Counted from the stretch's first letter, positions 1 through 10,893 are shown. The stretch is 64,000 bases of DNA from Chloroflexota bacterium (GCA_027623195.1 JAQBUT010000011.1:24650-88649); one strand, 5' to 3'. Made by a program: numbers and translations. The notes: generated from the sequence alone by a model not told the origin.

Positions 1-705
1 CGTCGCTGCTGCCGGATTATCACCACCGCTCAACAGGACCGCAGGGTAGGCTATTTTGGAGTAGGAATCGATTGGCACCACGTCAATAACTTCGAGACCG
101 CCTGCAATCGCGGCGTCCGTCTGGTATACAAACGCAACATCAGCATTGCCGGACTCCACGTACGCCATGGTGGCCCTTACGTCGGCACCAAACGCCATCT
201 TACTCTGTAGCTCATCCCACAGCCCCAGGTTGACGAGGGATTCCTTGGCGTAACCGCCAGCAGGCGCAAGGTCCGGGGCTGCCATAGCTACTCGACCGAC
301 CTTGTCGGAGGTGAGGTCTAGCAGGTCATTCAAGTTCGGGCCGTTTTTCTCAGTCACCAGCACCAGCCTGTTGGACAACAGGTCCGTTTTGTTCAGCATT
401 CCAACCTCCCGCTCTTCCAGGAAGTCCACTGGAAACCGACCTGCCGAGATGAAAATATCCGCAGGCGCGCCCGTGGCAATCTGTTGCGCCAGCGTTTGAG
501 ACCCACCGTAGCTAACCAGCACTTGAACTGTGTTTCTGGCCTCGTAAGCCGCGATTGCCTCATCCAAGGCGTTCGTGAGGCTGGTTGCTGCGAAGATCAG
601 GATCTCGCTGTTGCCGGAGTTTGCAGAGCCGCACGATGTTCCGGCCAACAGGCCCAAAAACAGGAGGACTGTCCCTACGGTGTGTCTAACCTGCAGGATT
701 GACAT
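1..705 (-). CDS. modA: molybdate ABC transporter substrate-binding protein, runs off the window's left edge
   Basis: Manual minus-strand translation from ATG 705: MSILQVRHTVGTVLLFLGLLAGTSC (lipobox), FAATSL, GGSQTLAQQIATGAPADIFISA, NRLVLV, PAGGYAKESL, VESGNADVAFVYQTD. Confidence 0.9.
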   Translation of the reverse strand, partial: MSILQVRHTVGTVLLFLGLLAGTSCGSANSGNSEILIFAATSLTNALDEAIAAYEARNTVQVLVSYGGSQTLAQQIATGAPADIFISAGRFPVDFLEEREVGMLNKTDLLSNRLVLVTEKNGPNLNDLLDLTSDKVGRVAMAAPDLAPAGGYAKESLVNLGLWDELQSKMAFGADVRATMAYVESGNADVAFVYQTDAAIAGGLEVIDVVPIDSYSKIAYPAVLLSGGDNPAAAT

Positions 706-879
706 CAACTCACATATTTCCGAAAAAATTCCCTGGCCTTTAAAGTCTCAAGTGCCTTGGACATGGAATTAGAAGCGTAGGCGGGTAAGCTATTATAAGT
801 CGGCCCGCAAAATAAATCCCGTAGAGGTAACCATGACGCCGAAAACGGGTATGGGGACGTATTTTTTAGCCCACTCAGC

Positions 880-909
880 TTGAATAGACAAGGGTTGAAA
901 TGCTATAAT
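880..909 (+). promoter_or_regulatory. sigma70-type promoter of the nusA operon
   Basis: TTGAAT-18 nt-TATAAT with extended TG. Confidence 0.6.
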
Positions 910-934
910 CTGATAGGAATTGGCTCTTTTTATA

Positions 935-962
935 AAAGTGGGGTGTCCCCACTTTATTTTTT
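935..962 (+). promoter_or_regulatory. rimP/nusA-leader-like hairpin with U tract (attenuator)
   Basis: AAAGTGGGG-TGT-CCCCACTTT followed by ATTTTTTT, between promoter and nusA RBS. Confidence 0.7.
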
Positions 963-995
963 AGGAGGAGCTTTAGTTACAATTGTTATAAGGAG

Positions 996-2591
996 GTGGC
1001 TGAAGTTATGAAAAGCGATTTCATAGTCGCGCTAACTCAGTTGGCAGCTGAACGCGGGCTTCCTAGAGAAATTGTGCTATCAGCCATCGAGGCTGCGCTG
1101 GTGTCTGCCTATCGCAAGGACAGCATAACGGCGGGCCAGAATGTATCTGTGAAACTAGACCCTGGCAGTGGTGACGTCACCGTCTACATACTGAAGACGG
1201 TTGTAGAGGAAGTTACAGACCACCAGATAGAGATCACCCTGGCGGACGCCCAGAAGATCGATCCCACCGCTGAGATGGGGGGCACTGTAGTCACAGAGAG
1301 CATGCCCCACACGCCGGGACGTATCGCAGCCCAGACGGCCAAGCAGGTCGTTATGCAGAGGCTACGGGAAGCCGAGCGTGAAATCGTATTCATGGAGTAC
1401 GAGGATAAGGAAGGCGAGGTCTTCTCGGTGAACATCCAACGGGTGGAGCCGAAGCAGGTCATCGTCGATCTTGGACGAGCGGAAGCTGTTCTACCGATTA
1501 GTGAGCAGGTGGCTGCTGAAAGGTATCGTAGCGGAAGTAAGATGAAGGTTTTGCTGAAGACCGTGGAGCGATCTGGCAAGGGGCCAGAGCTAATCGTCTC
1601 CCGGGCGGACACGCAACTCCTGCGGCGGCTGTTCGAAATGGAAGTGCCGGAGGTATTCAGTGGCGCTGTGGAGATTGACTCCATTGCCCGCGAACCCGGT
1701 TCTCGCAGCAAGGTGGCCGTAAGAGCTACGCAAGATGGAGTAGACCCCGTAGGTTCATGTGTGGGGCTCCGAGGCGTGCGCATTCAAAATATCGTTAACG
1801 AACTTCACGGTGAAAAGATCGACGTGGTTGAGTGGAACAAGGAAGCAGCCATTTTCCTTGCTAATGCTCTTAGCCCCGCGCAGGTCATGAAGGTGGAGTT
1901 GAATATTGATGACCAGACCGCCAAAGCGATTGTCCCTGAACGTCAGTTGTCCCTGGCTATAGGCAAGGAGGGCCAGAACGTTCGTCTGGCTGCACGTCTA
2001 ACCGGTTGGAAGATCGACATCAAGGGCAACGTCGAATACGAGGCAGAGCTTGCAGAGCGTGCGGTGAATGAGGCCGAGGCTATTGCCACCGGTGCCGTCG
2101 CCGTTGAGGAGCCACCGGTAGTAGAAGAGGTTGAGGCGGTAGCTGAAGAGGCCGTCGCGACTGAGGCAGTGGAAGCAGAACCGGCAGTCGCCAAGGTCGA
2201 AGAGGCGGTTGCTGAGGAAGCCAAGGCTGAAGTTGAAGTCGTTCCTGTTGCCGAAGAGGCGCCTGTCGTAGAACAGCCCGTGGTTGTGGCTGAGGTAAAA
2301 TCCGAGCCTAAGCCCGCCCCTGTGCGCCAACCTGTGGCGCCTGCCGAGCGCTCCGCTTCGTTGCGTGATGTACCGGAGGCTATCTGGTCTGTTAGGCGCG
2401 CCCGTCGATCTTCACCTGATGCCAATGAGCCCGGCCAGATTAGGTTCGCGGAAGATATCGCGGGACTTCGAGGAGGGGTTACGGCTTCCAGAAGAGGCAG
2501 GCGTCGCGATGATCCTGATGCCGTTCCCGCTGCGACCGCACAGCCTGAGGCGCCCAAGCGCAAGACCAAGGCTGGAAAGAAGCGCCGCTAG
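996..2591 (+). CDS. nusA: transcription termination factor NusA with long C-terminal extension
   Basis: GRIAAQTAKQV, S1/KH motifs, AREPGSRSKVAV, AIGKEGQNVRLAARLTGWKIDI. Confidence 0.98.
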   Translation: MAEVMKSDFIVALTQLAAERGLPREIVLSAIEAALVSAYRKDSITAGQNVSVKLDPGSGDVTVYILKTVVEEVTDHQIEITLADAQKIDPTAEMGGTVVTESMPHTPGRIAAQTAKQVVMQRLREAEREIVFMEYEDKEGEVFSVNIQRVEPKQVIVDLGRAEAVLPISEQVAAERYRSGSKMKVLLKTVERSGKGPELIVSRADTQLLRRLFEMEVPEVFSGAVEIDSIAREPGSRSKVAVRATQDGVDPVGSCVGLRGVRIQNIVNELHGEKIDVVEWNKEAAIFLANALSPAQVMKVELNIDDQTAKAIVPERQLSLAIGKEGQNVRLAARLTGWKIDIKGNVEYEAELAERAVNEAEAIATGAVAVEEPPVVEEVEAVAEEAVATEAVEAEPAVAKVEEAVAEEAKAEVEVVPVAEEAPVVEQPVVVAEVKSEPKPAPVRQPVAPAERSASLRDVPEAIWSVRRARRSSPDANEPGQIRFAEDIAGLRGGVTASRRGRRRDDPDAVPAATAQPEAPKRKTKAGKKRR

Positions 2592-2595
2592 GAAG

Positions 2596-2883
2596 ATGGT
2601 GGCACGCACTCGGCACGAACCTCAAAGGACGTGCGTGATTTGTAGCCGAAAAACTTCTAAAAATGAGCTTACTCGACTGTGTGCTAACCCTGATGGTTCG
2701 GTAACAGTCGACACAACGGGGAAGGCTCCGGGTAGAGGGGCCTACATTTGTACCGGAGGGGGATGCTACAAGAAAGGGCTTAACAGAGGACGCTTGGAGT
2801 ATGTGCTGCGAACTAAAATGGATCAGGATAATTGGGAGCGGATATTGTCGGAAATGTCCGCTCCCAATGATTTAATGCCCTAA
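2596..2883 (+). CDS. ylxR: YlxR/RnpM (DUF448) RNA-binding protein
   Basis: PQRTCVIC...GKAPGRGAYIC motif, between nusA and infB; start moved to ATG 2596. Confidence 0.92.
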   Translation: MVARTRHEPQRTCVICSRKTSKNELTRLCANPDGSVTVDTTGKAPGRGAYICTGGGCYKKGLNRGRLEYVLRTKMDQDNWERILSEMSAPNDLMP

Positions 2884-2945
2884 AAATGCTAAAATAAGAA
2901 CTGCTATATTAGCAGTATTAAAAATAACCAACATAACGGGGGAAT

Positions 2946-4754
2946 ATGACTAACAGGATCGATAACGGAACCCAGCAGGTCAGCGACAACGGTGCGGAAG
3001 AAGAAATTTACGATATTGAACCTTTAGAGGTGCCGGCTGCGATATCAGTTCACGACCTTGCTGATCTGATGATGACCACGCCTGTCGAAGTTATCAAGGA
3101 ATTCATGCGCACCGGCCACATGTACTCCATTAATGATGTGGTGCAGCATGATGTCGTCAGCGTTATTGCCCCCGCCTTCGGATTCGAAGTGCTGTCTCAG
3201 GAAGCGGCGACTAGACCCGGATCCATCGTTCTTTCCATGGACGAGGAAGACCCTAGCCAATTGGTTGCGCGGCCCCCTGTCGTTACCATCCTGGGGCACG
3301 TTGACCACGGAAAGACGACGCTTCTGGACACAATACGAAAGAGCAATGTTGTATCAGGTGAAGCCGGAGGTATCACTCAGCATATCGGGGCCTACCAGGT
3401 GAAGTCTAATGGCCATGTTATTACCTTCCTGGATACCCCAGGCCACGCTGCATTCACAGCCATGCGGGCGCGAGGTGCCCAGGTTACGGACATAGCAATT
3501 CTGGTGGTGGCTGCGGACGACGGCATTATGCCGCAGACGGAGGAGGCCATTGACCATGTGAAGGCTGCCGGGGTGCCAATTGTCGTGGCCATCAACAAGG
3601 TGGATCGTCCCGACGCAGACACTGAAAGGGTCAAGCGCCAGTTGGCAGAGCACGACTTACTCATTGAAGAGTGGGGCGGCAACGTGATCTCAGCCTCGGT
3701 TTCTGCCCTAACGGGTGAAGGTGTGCCAGAGTTGCTGGAGAGCATTATCATTGTCTCCGAAGTAGAAGAGCTTAAGGCCAACCCACATGCATTAGCCAAA
3801 GGTGTTGTCGTCGAGGCAAGGCGAGACAAGAGCCGTGGTACGGAGACCACCATGCTCGTGCAGAACGGCACTCTTAAGGTTGGAGACAATCTTGTAATCG
3901 GGACATTGCGAGGCCGAATACGGGCCATGTTTACCGATCGCGGCGAGGCGATTGAATCTGCCGGGCCTTCCCAGCCGGTGGTGATACTCGGTATGACTGG
4001 CCTTCCTGAAGCCGGACATATATTCCAGGTGGTCGCAGACGAAAGAGAAGCTCGTCAAGTCGTGGAAAGCCGGCAAAGACAAGCCGATATGCAGAAGTCC
4101 TCAGGGCCGACCCTGGAAGACGTGCACACTCGTATCGAGTCGGGTGAGATAAAGGGTCTAAACCTGATAGTAAAGACGGACGTTCAGGGTAGCGTTGAGG
4201 CCATCAAGGGCGCGCTGAACAATCTGAACACCGACAGGACCAGGGTTAACCTGGTGCATGCGGCCAGCGGTTCCATTACCGAGAGTGACATACTTTTGGC
4301 AGTGGCGTCTCAGGCTATCGTAATAGGATTCAATAGCACTCCCGAGCAGGCAGCTCAGGCCTTCGCAAACCAGGAAGGCGTGGAGATTCGGCATTACAGT
4401 ATCATCTACAATCTGCTGGACGATGTTGAATTGGCGCTGACTGGTCTCTTGGAGCCGGTCTACCAGGACGTGGTTGAGGGACGAGCAACGGTTAGAGCCA
4501 TATTCAAGGTCGGCAGAAGGCAAGAAGTTGCAGGGTTCTACGTGAACGAAGGGCGCTTTGCTCGTGACTCCAAGGTGCATGTGTTACGCGGGAGAGAGCA
4601 ACTTTACGTTGGAACACTGACCAGCCTGAAGCACTTCAAGGACGATGTCCGAGAAGTTGCCACGGGATTAGAGGGCGGCCTGATGGTCGATGGCTTCAAC
4701 AGCTTTGAAGAGGGTGACACGCTGGAAGCACACCGTTCCGTGAGAGTGAGTTAG
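2946..4754 (+). CDS. infB: translation initiation factor IF-2
   Basis: [34 protein letters not shown]. Confidence 0.98.
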   Translation: MTNRIDNGTQQVSDNGAEEEIYDIEPLEVPAAISVHDLADLMMTTPVEVIKEFMRTGHMYSINDVVQHDVVSVIAPAFGFEVLSQEAATRPGSIVLSMDEEDPSQLVARPPVVTILGHVDHGKTTLLDTIRKSNVVSGEAGGITQHIGAYQVKSNGHVITFLDTPGHAAFTAMRARGAQVTDIAILVVAADDGIMPQTEEAIDHVKAAGVPIVVAINKVDRPDADTERVKRQLAEHDLLIEEWGGNVISASVSALTGEGVPELLESIIIVSEVEELKANPHALAKGVVVEARRDKSRGTETTMLVQNGTLKVGDNLVIGTLRGRIRAMFTDRGEAIESAGPSQPVVILGMTGLPEAGHIFQVVADEREARQVVESRQRQADMQKSSGPTLEDVHTRIESGEIKGLNLIVKTDVQGSVEAIKGALNNLNTDRTRVNLVHAASGSITESDILLAVASQAIVIGFNSTPEQAAQAFANQEGVEIRHYSIIYNLLDDVELALTGLLEPVYQDVVEGRATVRAIFKVGRRQEVAGFYVNEGRFARDSKVHVLRGREQLYVGTLTSLKHFKDDVREVATGLEGGLMVDGFNSFEEGDTLEAHRSVRVS

Positions 4755-4813
4755 CGTCTCGTCTACCCCTACCCCAACCGTCCGGAATAGCTAATTCCAA
4801 AGAGGTCGTCCCA

Positions 4814-5209
4814 ATGAGCCGCCGCATGGAACGCGTTAATGTACTTGTGCGCCAGGAGATCAGCCAGATCATGTTTGCTGACCTCAATGACCCCCGGCTT
4901 TCGGGTGTCGTTAGCGTCACTCGCGTGGATACCGCTCCCGACCTGCGTAGCGCCAAGGTGTACATCAGCGTATACGGTGACGCGGAGGCGAAGAAGCGCA
5001 ACATGGCGGCGTTAACGTCTGCGGGTGGTTTCATTCACAGAGTGCTGAAACGTAACCTCTCTTCTCTCAAGTACATACCAGTCCTCTCCTTCGAATTGGA
5101 CGAGTCAATTGAAAAAGGCGCCGAGATGATTAAGATGATCAACAAGATCGTCCCGGACCTGCCTCCGGAAAATGACCCTGACAATCCGCCGGATATTGCG
5201 AATGAATAA
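4814..5209 (+). CDS. rbfA: ribosome-binding factor A
   Basis: RRMERVN...DPRL...DLRSAKVYIS...DESIEKG, follows infB. Confidence 0.96.
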   Translation: MSRRMERVNVLVRQEISQIMFADLNDPRLSGVVSVTRVDTAPDLRSAKVYISVYGDAEAKKRNMAALTSAGGFIHRVLKRNLSSLKYIPVLSFELDESIEKGAEMIKMINKIVPDLPPENDPDNPPDIANE

Positions 5210-6146
5210 GCCCAAATACGACGGCATCATTAATGTGGACAAGCCTTACGGGCTCACGTCCATGGAAGTGGTTCGTCGACTTAAGCGGGCTAGCGGGCAA
5301 AAGCGGGTTGGTCACGGGGGTACATTGGATCCCATAGCCACGGGAGTTATCGCCATATCCTTTGGGCAGGCGACGCGCATGATGGAAGACCTCATCAACG
5401 GCTCCAAGGGCTACAAAGCTGCCGTTGAATTGGGAGTCATCACGGACACGTACGATGCTCTTGGTGAAGTGGTGGAAACCAGAGACGCCTCGGCTATTAC
5501 CTATGCAGATATAGAGAAAGCTGTTGCCGGGTTCATTGGTGTTATTGAGCAGGTCCCGCCCATGTACAGTGCCCTGAAAAAAGACGGCCGCCGCCTGTAC
5601 GAGCTCGCACGTGAGGGCCTGGAAGTAGAGCGTGAGGCACGCTCAGTCATGGTGCATGGCATTGACATCGTGGACTGGGATAGCCCTGTGGTCACTATCG
5701 AGGTTTTTTGCGGACGGGGCTTCTATATGCGCTCATTGGCATACGACCTTGGAGACGCGCTGGGCTGTGGCGGTCACATGAAGAGCCTTGTCCGCCTGAA
5801 AAATGGACCCTTTTCCTTGGCCAATTCCCTGTCTCTGGAAGAAGCGGAGCAGAAATTGCAGGATGGCGAATGGCAGGACATATTGCACTCGCCGGATGTG
5901 GTGCTTTCATCCATGGACGCCGTAGTAGTAGGAAAGCCTACCGAAGACCTGATCCGCAACGGACGCTCGTTGCCTCTTGGCCTTCGGCTGCCTGGAGGGA
6001 AGGCGGATGACCGATGTCGCGCCTATTCCGTCGATGGACGATTTCTTGCAATACTCATCTTCGATTCGACTTCCGGTCAGTGGCGCCCAGACAAGGTTTT
6101 CGCATTGGAGTACGCTCAACCAGAAGGTGTGCCGCAATTCTCTTGA
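5202..6146 (+). CDS. truB: tRNA pseudouridine(55) synthase
   Basis: VGHGGTLDP, QVPPMYSALK, GFYMRSLA. Confidence 0.97.
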   Translation: MNKPKYDGIINVDKPYGLTSMEVVRRLKRASGQKRVGHGGTLDPIATGVIAISFGQATRMMEDLINGSKGYKAAVELGVITDTYDALGEVVETRDASAITYADIEKAVAGFIGVIEQVPPMYSALKKDGRRLYELAREGLEVEREARSVMVHGIDIVDWDSPVVTIEVFCGRGFYMRSLAYDLGDALGCGGHMKSLVRLKNGPFSLANSLSLEEAEQKLQDGEWQDILHSPDVVLSSMDAVVVGKPTEDLIRNGRSLPLGLRLPGGKADDRCRAYSVDGRFLAILIFDSTSGQWRPDKVFALEYAQPEGVPQFS

Positions 6147-6192
6147 CCACGAAGCTCCCAGCGTCCTAAAATGTGTTGCTGAGGTATTTAAT

Positions 6193-6510
6193 ATGGTTAC
6201 ATACGCAATAGTACAAACTGGCGGTAAGCAATACCGCGTTCACACGGGGGAAACCGTACGTGTGGAGTCTTTGCCAGGCGATGAGGGTGACCTGATCGAA
6301 TTGGAAGACGTTCGCATGGTTTCAAACGAAGGTGATGTCAAGCTTGGCTCTCCCTCCATTGCTGGCGCTAAAGTAACGGTTGAAATTGTTGGCAATGGTC
6401 GAGGCAAGAAGGTCATCGTTTTCAAGTACAAGGCCAAGACGCGTTATCGTCGTAAGAACGGCCACCGGCAAAACTACACCGAAATCAAGGTAACTGACAT
6501 CTCACTGTAG
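6193..6510 (+). CDS. rplU: 50S ribosomal protein L21
   Basis: [13 protein letters not shown]...KNGHRQ. Confidence 0.97.
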   Translation: MVTYAIVQTGGKQYRVHTGETVRVESLPGDEGDLIELEDVRMVSNEGDVKLGSPSIAGAKVTVEIVGNGRGKKVIVFKYKAKTRYRRKNGHRQNYTEIKVTDISL

Positions 6511-6536
6511 TAGATGATGTAAAGACGAGGTTTTTC

Positions 6537-6791
6537 ATGGCTCACAAAAAAGGTGGCGGAAGTACCAAGAACGGTAGAGATAGCAATGCAAAGCGGTTGG
6601 GCGTAAAGCGCTACGATACTGAAATAGTAACCGCTGGTTCGATTCTAGTGCGTCAGCGCGGGACCAAAATTCGCCCAGGTAATAACGTGGGCGTCGGACG
6701 GGACCATACGCTGTTTGCGCTGATCGACGGTTCAGTAAAGTTCGAGCATGCGACGCGCGACCGTAAGAAGGCCAGCGTCTACCCCGTCTAG
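6537..6791 (+). CDS. rpmA: 50S ribosomal protein L27
   Basis: [16 protein letters not shown]...RQRGT. Confidence 0.98.
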   Translation: MAHKKGGGSTKNGRDSNAKRLGVKRYDTEIVTAGSILVRQRGTKIRPGNNVGVGRDHTLFALIDGSVKFEHATRDRKKASVYPV

Positions 6792-6804
6792 AGAGGACAA
6801 TCCA

Positions 6805-7011
6805 TTGAAAGCAGACATACATCCCGAATATCACGCTGAGGCGTTGGTGACCTGCTCATGCGGGTCTACCTACACCACAGGCTCAACTAAGCCCACTCTC
6901 CGGGTCGAAATTTGCAATATGTGCCATCCCTTCTTCACGGGAGAGCAGCGAATCGTCGACACCGAGGGTCGAGTTGAAAGACTGAGGCGCAGGTTCAACC
7001 TGGGGCAGTAA
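6805..7011 (+). CDS. rpmE: 50S ribosomal protein L31 (Zn-binding form)
   Basis: TTG start after [12 protein letters not shown]...CSCG...[10 protein letters not shown]...GRVER. Confidence 0.96.
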   Translation: MKADIHPEYHAEALVTCSCGSTYTTGSTKPTLRVEICNMCHPFFTGEQRIVDTEGRVERLRRRFNLGQ

Positions 7012-7036
7012 CAGAAAATTTTATCATAAAAAGTAG

Positions 7037-7068
7037 ACAGGGGTGGGCTAGCCAACCCCTGTTTTTTT
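7037..7068 (+). terminator. intrinsic terminator after rpmE
   Basis: ACAGGGGTGGGC/GCCAACCCCTGT stem plus T tract. Confidence 0.8.
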
Positions 7069-7183
7069 ATTCCTATTATTGGCTAGAATCATTTCCAGGA
7101 ATATCTCGTCCATGGGTGCGAGGCCTGATTCGGACGTGCCTGCATCCAAAAATTAGTATCCATTAAGGCGTTAGCGATAACTT

Positions 7184-8080
7184 ATGAGTGCTCAACAGGG
7201 ACACACCTATGGAGGACAGGCCGTCATCGAGGGCGTGATGATTCGCGGTCAAAAGAATATGGCTGTCGCAGTGCGCCGCCACGATGGGTCCATAGCCGTG
7301 CAGTGCCTGCCGCTTAGCGCATTCTTTACCGGTAATCTGCGGCGCATCCCCCTGGTGCGTGGGATTATCACTCTAGCCGAAACTTTGACGCTTGGTATGC
7401 GCGCGTTGAGTTACTCGGCCAACGTCGGCATGGAATCGGAAGGCGAGGAGATAGGCAAAGGGTCCATCGCGCTAATGATGGTGCTGTCCTTAACCATTGC
7501 CATTGGTCTATTCTTTTTACTGCCATTAGCGGCAAGCTGGTTTTTAGAAGGCGTCCTCGGTTCCAGTCTCGCTGCCAACGTGGCCGAGGGAGTTATACGG
7601 CTGGCTCTCTTTGTCGGGTACATACTGCTCATCGGTCAGATGAACGACATCAAACGTGTGTTCATGTACCACGGCGCAGAACACATGACCGTGCATGCTC
7701 AGGAGCGGGGCGATCCCCTGGAGGTGGAGTATATCCGCAAGTATTCCACGGCTCATCCACGTTGCGGTACAGCGTTTCTGCTAGTGGTAATGGTGCTTGC
7801 CATAGTGGCGTTCATTTTCGTGGGTAGGGAGCCGCTATGGTGGCTTTTCACGTCCAGGGTAGTCCTCATACCGGTCATAGCATCGGTAAGCTACGAGGTA
7901 ATCAGGTGGAGCGGTCGCTACTCTGGGAATTCTCTGGTTGGGCTGATCACCGGGCCAAGCCTGGCGTTGCAAGCTCTCACCACGAAGGAGCCGGACGACG
8001 ATCAGATCGAGATAGCAATCGCGGCTATGAACAGCGCTCTTGAGGCCGATAGAGGGGTTTCACCGACGGCCTCAGAATAA
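7184..8080 (+). CDS. DUF1385 membrane protein
   Basis: GGQAVIEGVM, YHGAEH, HPRCGT, TTKEPDD. Confidence 0.9.
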   Translation: MSAQQGHTYGGQAVIEGVMIRGQKNMAVAVRRHDGSIAVQCLPLSAFFTGNLRRIPLVRGIITLAETLTLGMRALSYSANVGMESEGEEIGKGSIALMMVLSLTIAIGLFFLLPLAASWFLEGVLGSSLAANVAEGVIRLALFVGYILLIGQMNDIKRVFMYHGAEHMTVHAQERGDPLEVEYIRKYSTAHPRCGTAFLLVVMVLAIVAFIFVGREPLWWLFTSRVVLIPVIASVSYEVIRWSGRYSGNSLVGLITGPSLALQALTTKEPDDDQIEIAIAAMNSALEADRGVSPTASE

Positions 8081-8110
8081 GGCTGGAGGCCGGCAGTCCT
8101 GCCTAACAGG

Positions 8111-8731
8111 CTATCCCTGACGCTGGCGAAGCTCCGCCCACACGTCTTTCGGGGGAACTCCGTTGGCTGATAACAGCACCATGACGTGATAGAGAAGGTC
8201 TGCGGTTTCCCTTACCAGGTGTTCCTTATCCCCAGTCATGCCAGCGAGGGCCGTCTCTCCGCCCTCTTCGATAACCTTCTGGCTGATGCGCTCCATGCCG
8301 TCCTGGAATAGCTTGGTTGTGTAGCTACCCTCTGGCATGGCCTCTTTTCGGTCCTGTATAACGGCGAACAGGTCTTCCAAAACTCCGGGTCCAGTCTCTT
8401 CGCGGAAGAAATCTGGTTGCTCGCTCAGGTCAGTGAAGAAGCAAGTAGGGTTTCCCGTGTGGCAAATGGGGCCGTCGGGCTCAACCTTCAGGATAATCGT
8501 GTCGCCGTCGCAGTCCACAGAGGCCGACTTTACACGCATGTAGTTTCCCGAAACTTCGCCCTTATGCCACAGTTCAGACCGGCTGCGGCTGTAGAACCAG
8601 ACCTCGCCGCCCTCCAAAGTACGTTTGAGGGAGCCAGGGTTCATGTAGCCCAGCATTAGCACGTCTCCGGTGTTAACGTCCTGCGCTATGGCCGGCACCA
8701 GGCCTTTTTCGTCTAGTTTCACGTCTACCAT
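8111..8731 (-). CDS. hisIE: bifunctional PR-AMP cyclohydrolase / PR-ATP pyrophosphatase
   Basis: SRSRSELWHKGE, DCDGD, CHTG..TCF, ADLLYH. Confidence 0.96.
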   Translation of the reverse strand: MVDVKLDEKGLVPAIAQDVNTGDVLMLGYMNPGSLKRTLEGGEVWFYSRSRSELWHKGEVSGNYMRVKSASVDCDGDTIILKVEPDGPICHTGNPTCFFTDLSEQPDFFREETGPGVLEDLFAVIQDRKEAMPEGSYTTKLFQDGMERISQKVIEEGGETALAGMTGDKEHLVRETADLLYHVMVLLSANGVPPKDVWAELRQRQG

Positions 8732-8750
8732 GCGTCACCTGTAAGAGAAC

Positions 8751-9581
8751 TCATGCCTTGGGTTTGCCCCGTATCGGCATACCGTTCTTTGCTAGATATT
8801 CCTTGACTTCCCCAATGGGATGGGTGCCGTAGTGAAATATGCTGGCGGCCAACACGGCATCGGCTTTGCCCTCGTCCAGCGCCTCCAACAGATGTTGGGG
8901 GTTCCCTGCCCCGCCACTGGCGATCACTGGGATTGTCACGCCCTCTGAGATTGTCCGGAGCAATTCCAGGTCGTAGCCTGTGAGTTGCCCGTCGGTATCC
9001 ATACTGGTTACGAGCAGCTCGCCTGCGCCCAGGTCCGCGGACCTCTTGGCCCATTTCACGGCATCAATGCCCATAGGGGTGCGTCCCCCGTGGGTGTATA
9101 CCTGCCACCTGGAAGTCTCGTCAAGCGCGAGGTCCGGGTCGACGCCTGGTTTGGGGTGCCCCAGGCTGTCCTCGTCGGTGCAACCCTTGGCGTCTATCGC
9201 TACCACAATGCACTGAGATCCGAAAAAGTCGGCAGCATCTGCTATGAGCTGTGGATTTTCGATAGCCGCCGTATTCAGCGATGTCTTGTCGGCCCCCGCT
9301 TCCAGCATGCGGCGAATGTCTGCGACGCTGCGCAGGCCGCCCCCGACCGTAAGCGGTATAAAGACCTGCTCAGACACCTGCTTTACCACTTCTATCATGA
9401 TGTCGCGGGCGTCGGCGCTGGCCGTGATATCGAGGAAGACCAGTTCGTCAGCGCCCTCTTTGTCGTAGAAGGCAGCTAACTCTTTTGGGTCGCCTGCGTC
9501 CCTTATGTCGACGAAGCTGACGCCCTTCACCACCCTTCCCCTGTCAACATCAAGACACGGGATGATCCGCTTGGTTAGCAT
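8751..9581 (-). CDS. hisF: imidazole glycerol phosphate synthase cyclase subunit
   Basis: KRIIPCLDV...[24 protein letters not shown]. Confidence 0.97.
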   Translation of the reverse strand: MLTKRIIPCLDVDRGRVVKGVSFVDIRDAGDPKELAAFYDKEGADELVFLDITASADARDIMIEVVKQVSEQVFIPLTVGGGLRSVADIRRMLEAGADKTSLNTAAIENPQLIADAADFFGSQCIVVAIDAKGCTDEDSLGHPKPGVDPDLALDETSRWQVYTHGGRTPMGIDAVKWAKRSADLGAGELLVTSMDTDGQLTGYDLELLRTISEGVTIPVIASGGAGNPQHLLEALDEGKADAVLAASIFHYGTHPIGEVKEYLAKNGMPIRGKPKA

Positions 9582-9588
9582 GAGTACC

Positions 9589-10143
9589 TTACTTGCGCAT
9601 AATCAGCATGTACTGATTGTCGTTCAGGCTGTGCCGTGAAGTCAGGCGGAATCCAACATCCTGTGCCATCTTCAGAAGGTCGGCTTCGCTAAGTCGCTGG
9701 CGGAGTGGCGGTCCTGCATTTCTGTCCATCTTGTTCCACTCGATCAACGTAAGCCAGGCACCACGGTGCATACATCGAAGGGCCTCTTGCAAAAGCCCTT
9801 TGGAGTCCTTGGACTCCGCAACGGAAAATGCCGCAAACGCCCCGTCCAAGGAATCATCATCAATAGGTAGTTTGCCGTCCTGAGATAGCCTGGTTTCAGT
9901 ATTCGTGAGGTTGATTTTTTTGATCTGTTCCGCAGTAGCGTTCAGCATTTCCTGGTCTTCATCCACGGCGTAAACCTTGCCGCTGAATACGTACTTGGCA
10001 AAAGGCACAGTGAAGTAGCCCGAGCCGCAGCCAATGTCCACGATGGACTGGTAAGGCAGCATAGGAAGGATTGCCAGCACCCTCTGAGGATCGATCTCTT
10101 GGTAATGTGTGGTTATAGTTGCTACGCTCTTGTCTTCCGGCAT
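9589..10143 (-). CDS. class I SAM-dependent methyltransferase, possibly initiated independently
   Basis: AAGAGG RBS before ATG 10143; [25 protein letters not shown]. Confidence 0.6.
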   Translation of the reverse strand: MPEDKSVATITTHYQEIDPQRVLAILPMLPYQSIVDIGCGSGYFTVPFAKYVFSGKVYAVDEDQEMLNATAEQIKKINLTNTETRLSQDGKLPIDDDSLDGAFAAFSVAESKDSKGLLQEALRCMHRGAWLTLIEWNKMDRNAGPPLRQRLSEADLLKMAQDVGFRLTSRHSLNDNQYMLIMRK

Positions 10144-10893
10144 TAACACGTACCTCTTATTCAGTTTGTGTCCTACATTATTCAGGGCTTCGATAGCTGT
10201 GGTCAACGAGATGTCACCCGTATAAAGCGCGGTCCCCACTACGGCTCCCTCTACCCCAATGGAGGCGAGTCGCAGTATGTGGTCGCACGTGGATATGCCT
10301 CCAGCAGCTATTAGACTGACCACCTGTTGTGCAATGAGCTGCTCGATGGCCTGGAAATTGGGCTCCGTAAGCGTTCCATCCCGCGAGATGTCTGTGTATA
10401 AGAAGCGGGTTACGCCTCTTTCGCCCATCTCTTTTATCACGTCGGACGCCATAACCTGACTGCTTTCGGTCCATCCACGAAGGGCCACGAGGCCGTCCTT
10501 AGCGTCCACGGTGACGATAATCCTATCAGACCCCAGGCTCTGCACCAGGCCCTTTATGAGCTCTGGATCATCTATGGCAGCGGTGCCTACCATGATACGC
10601 GCTGCCCCTGCGGATACCAGTTCCTCCGCCGATTCTCTGGTGCGCACCCCGCCCCCTACTTGGACAGGCACCTTGACGGATGAAGCAATGGCTCGTATCA
10701 CATCCAGGTTTGCGGGCTTACCATCTTTCGCGCCGTCCAGGTCCACCACATGCAGCCTGGTCGCGCCCATTTCCACCCACCGGTTCGCCATCTCGGTCGG
10801 GTCGTCTGAGTATACCGTTTCGCGGGCGTAATCTCCCTGGTAAAGACGGACGCACTTGCCACCTCGCAGGTCTATGGCAGGAATTATCTCCAT
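9589..10893 (-). CDS. hisA: HisA isomerase in one reading frame with a class I SAM methyltransferase
   Basis: [29 protein letters not shown] in first ~240 aa; VDIGCGSG motif I downstream. Confidence 0.9.
   Translation of the reverse strand: MEIIPAIDLRGGKCVRLYQGDYARETVYSDDPTEMANRWVEMGATRLHVVDLDGAKDGKPANLDVIRAIASSVKVPVQVGGGVRTRESAEELVSAGAARIMVGTAAIDDPELIKGLVQSLGSDRIIVTVDAKDGLVALRGWTESSQVMASDVIKEMGERGVTRFLYTDISRDGTLTEPNFQAIEQLIAQQVVSLIAAGGISTCDHILRLASIGVEGAVVGTALYTGDISLTTAIEALNNVGHKLNKRYVLMPEDKSVATITTHYQEIDPQRVLAILPMLPYQSIVDIGCGSGYFTVPFAKYVFSGKVYAVDEDQEMLNATAEQIKKINLTNTETRLSQDGKLPIDDDSLDGAFAAFSVAESKDSKGLLQEALRCMHRGAWLTLIEWNKMDRNAGPPLRQRLSEADLLKMAQDVGFRLTSRHSLNDNQYMLIMRK

Noticed and set aside
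706..870. Moco riboswitch upstream of modA
   Set aside because: Only a short GGCCAGGG fragment resembles it; the other conserved elements were not found.
1184..2609. Long antisense ORFs over nusA (and similar ones over metG, trpE, gdh, caiB, pyk)
   Set aside because: Shadow frames of GC-rich coding genes, with no motifs or RBS.
6511..6536. Missing ysxB/prp between rplU and rpmA
   Set aside because: L27 starts MAHKK with no N-terminal extension, so the absence is expected.
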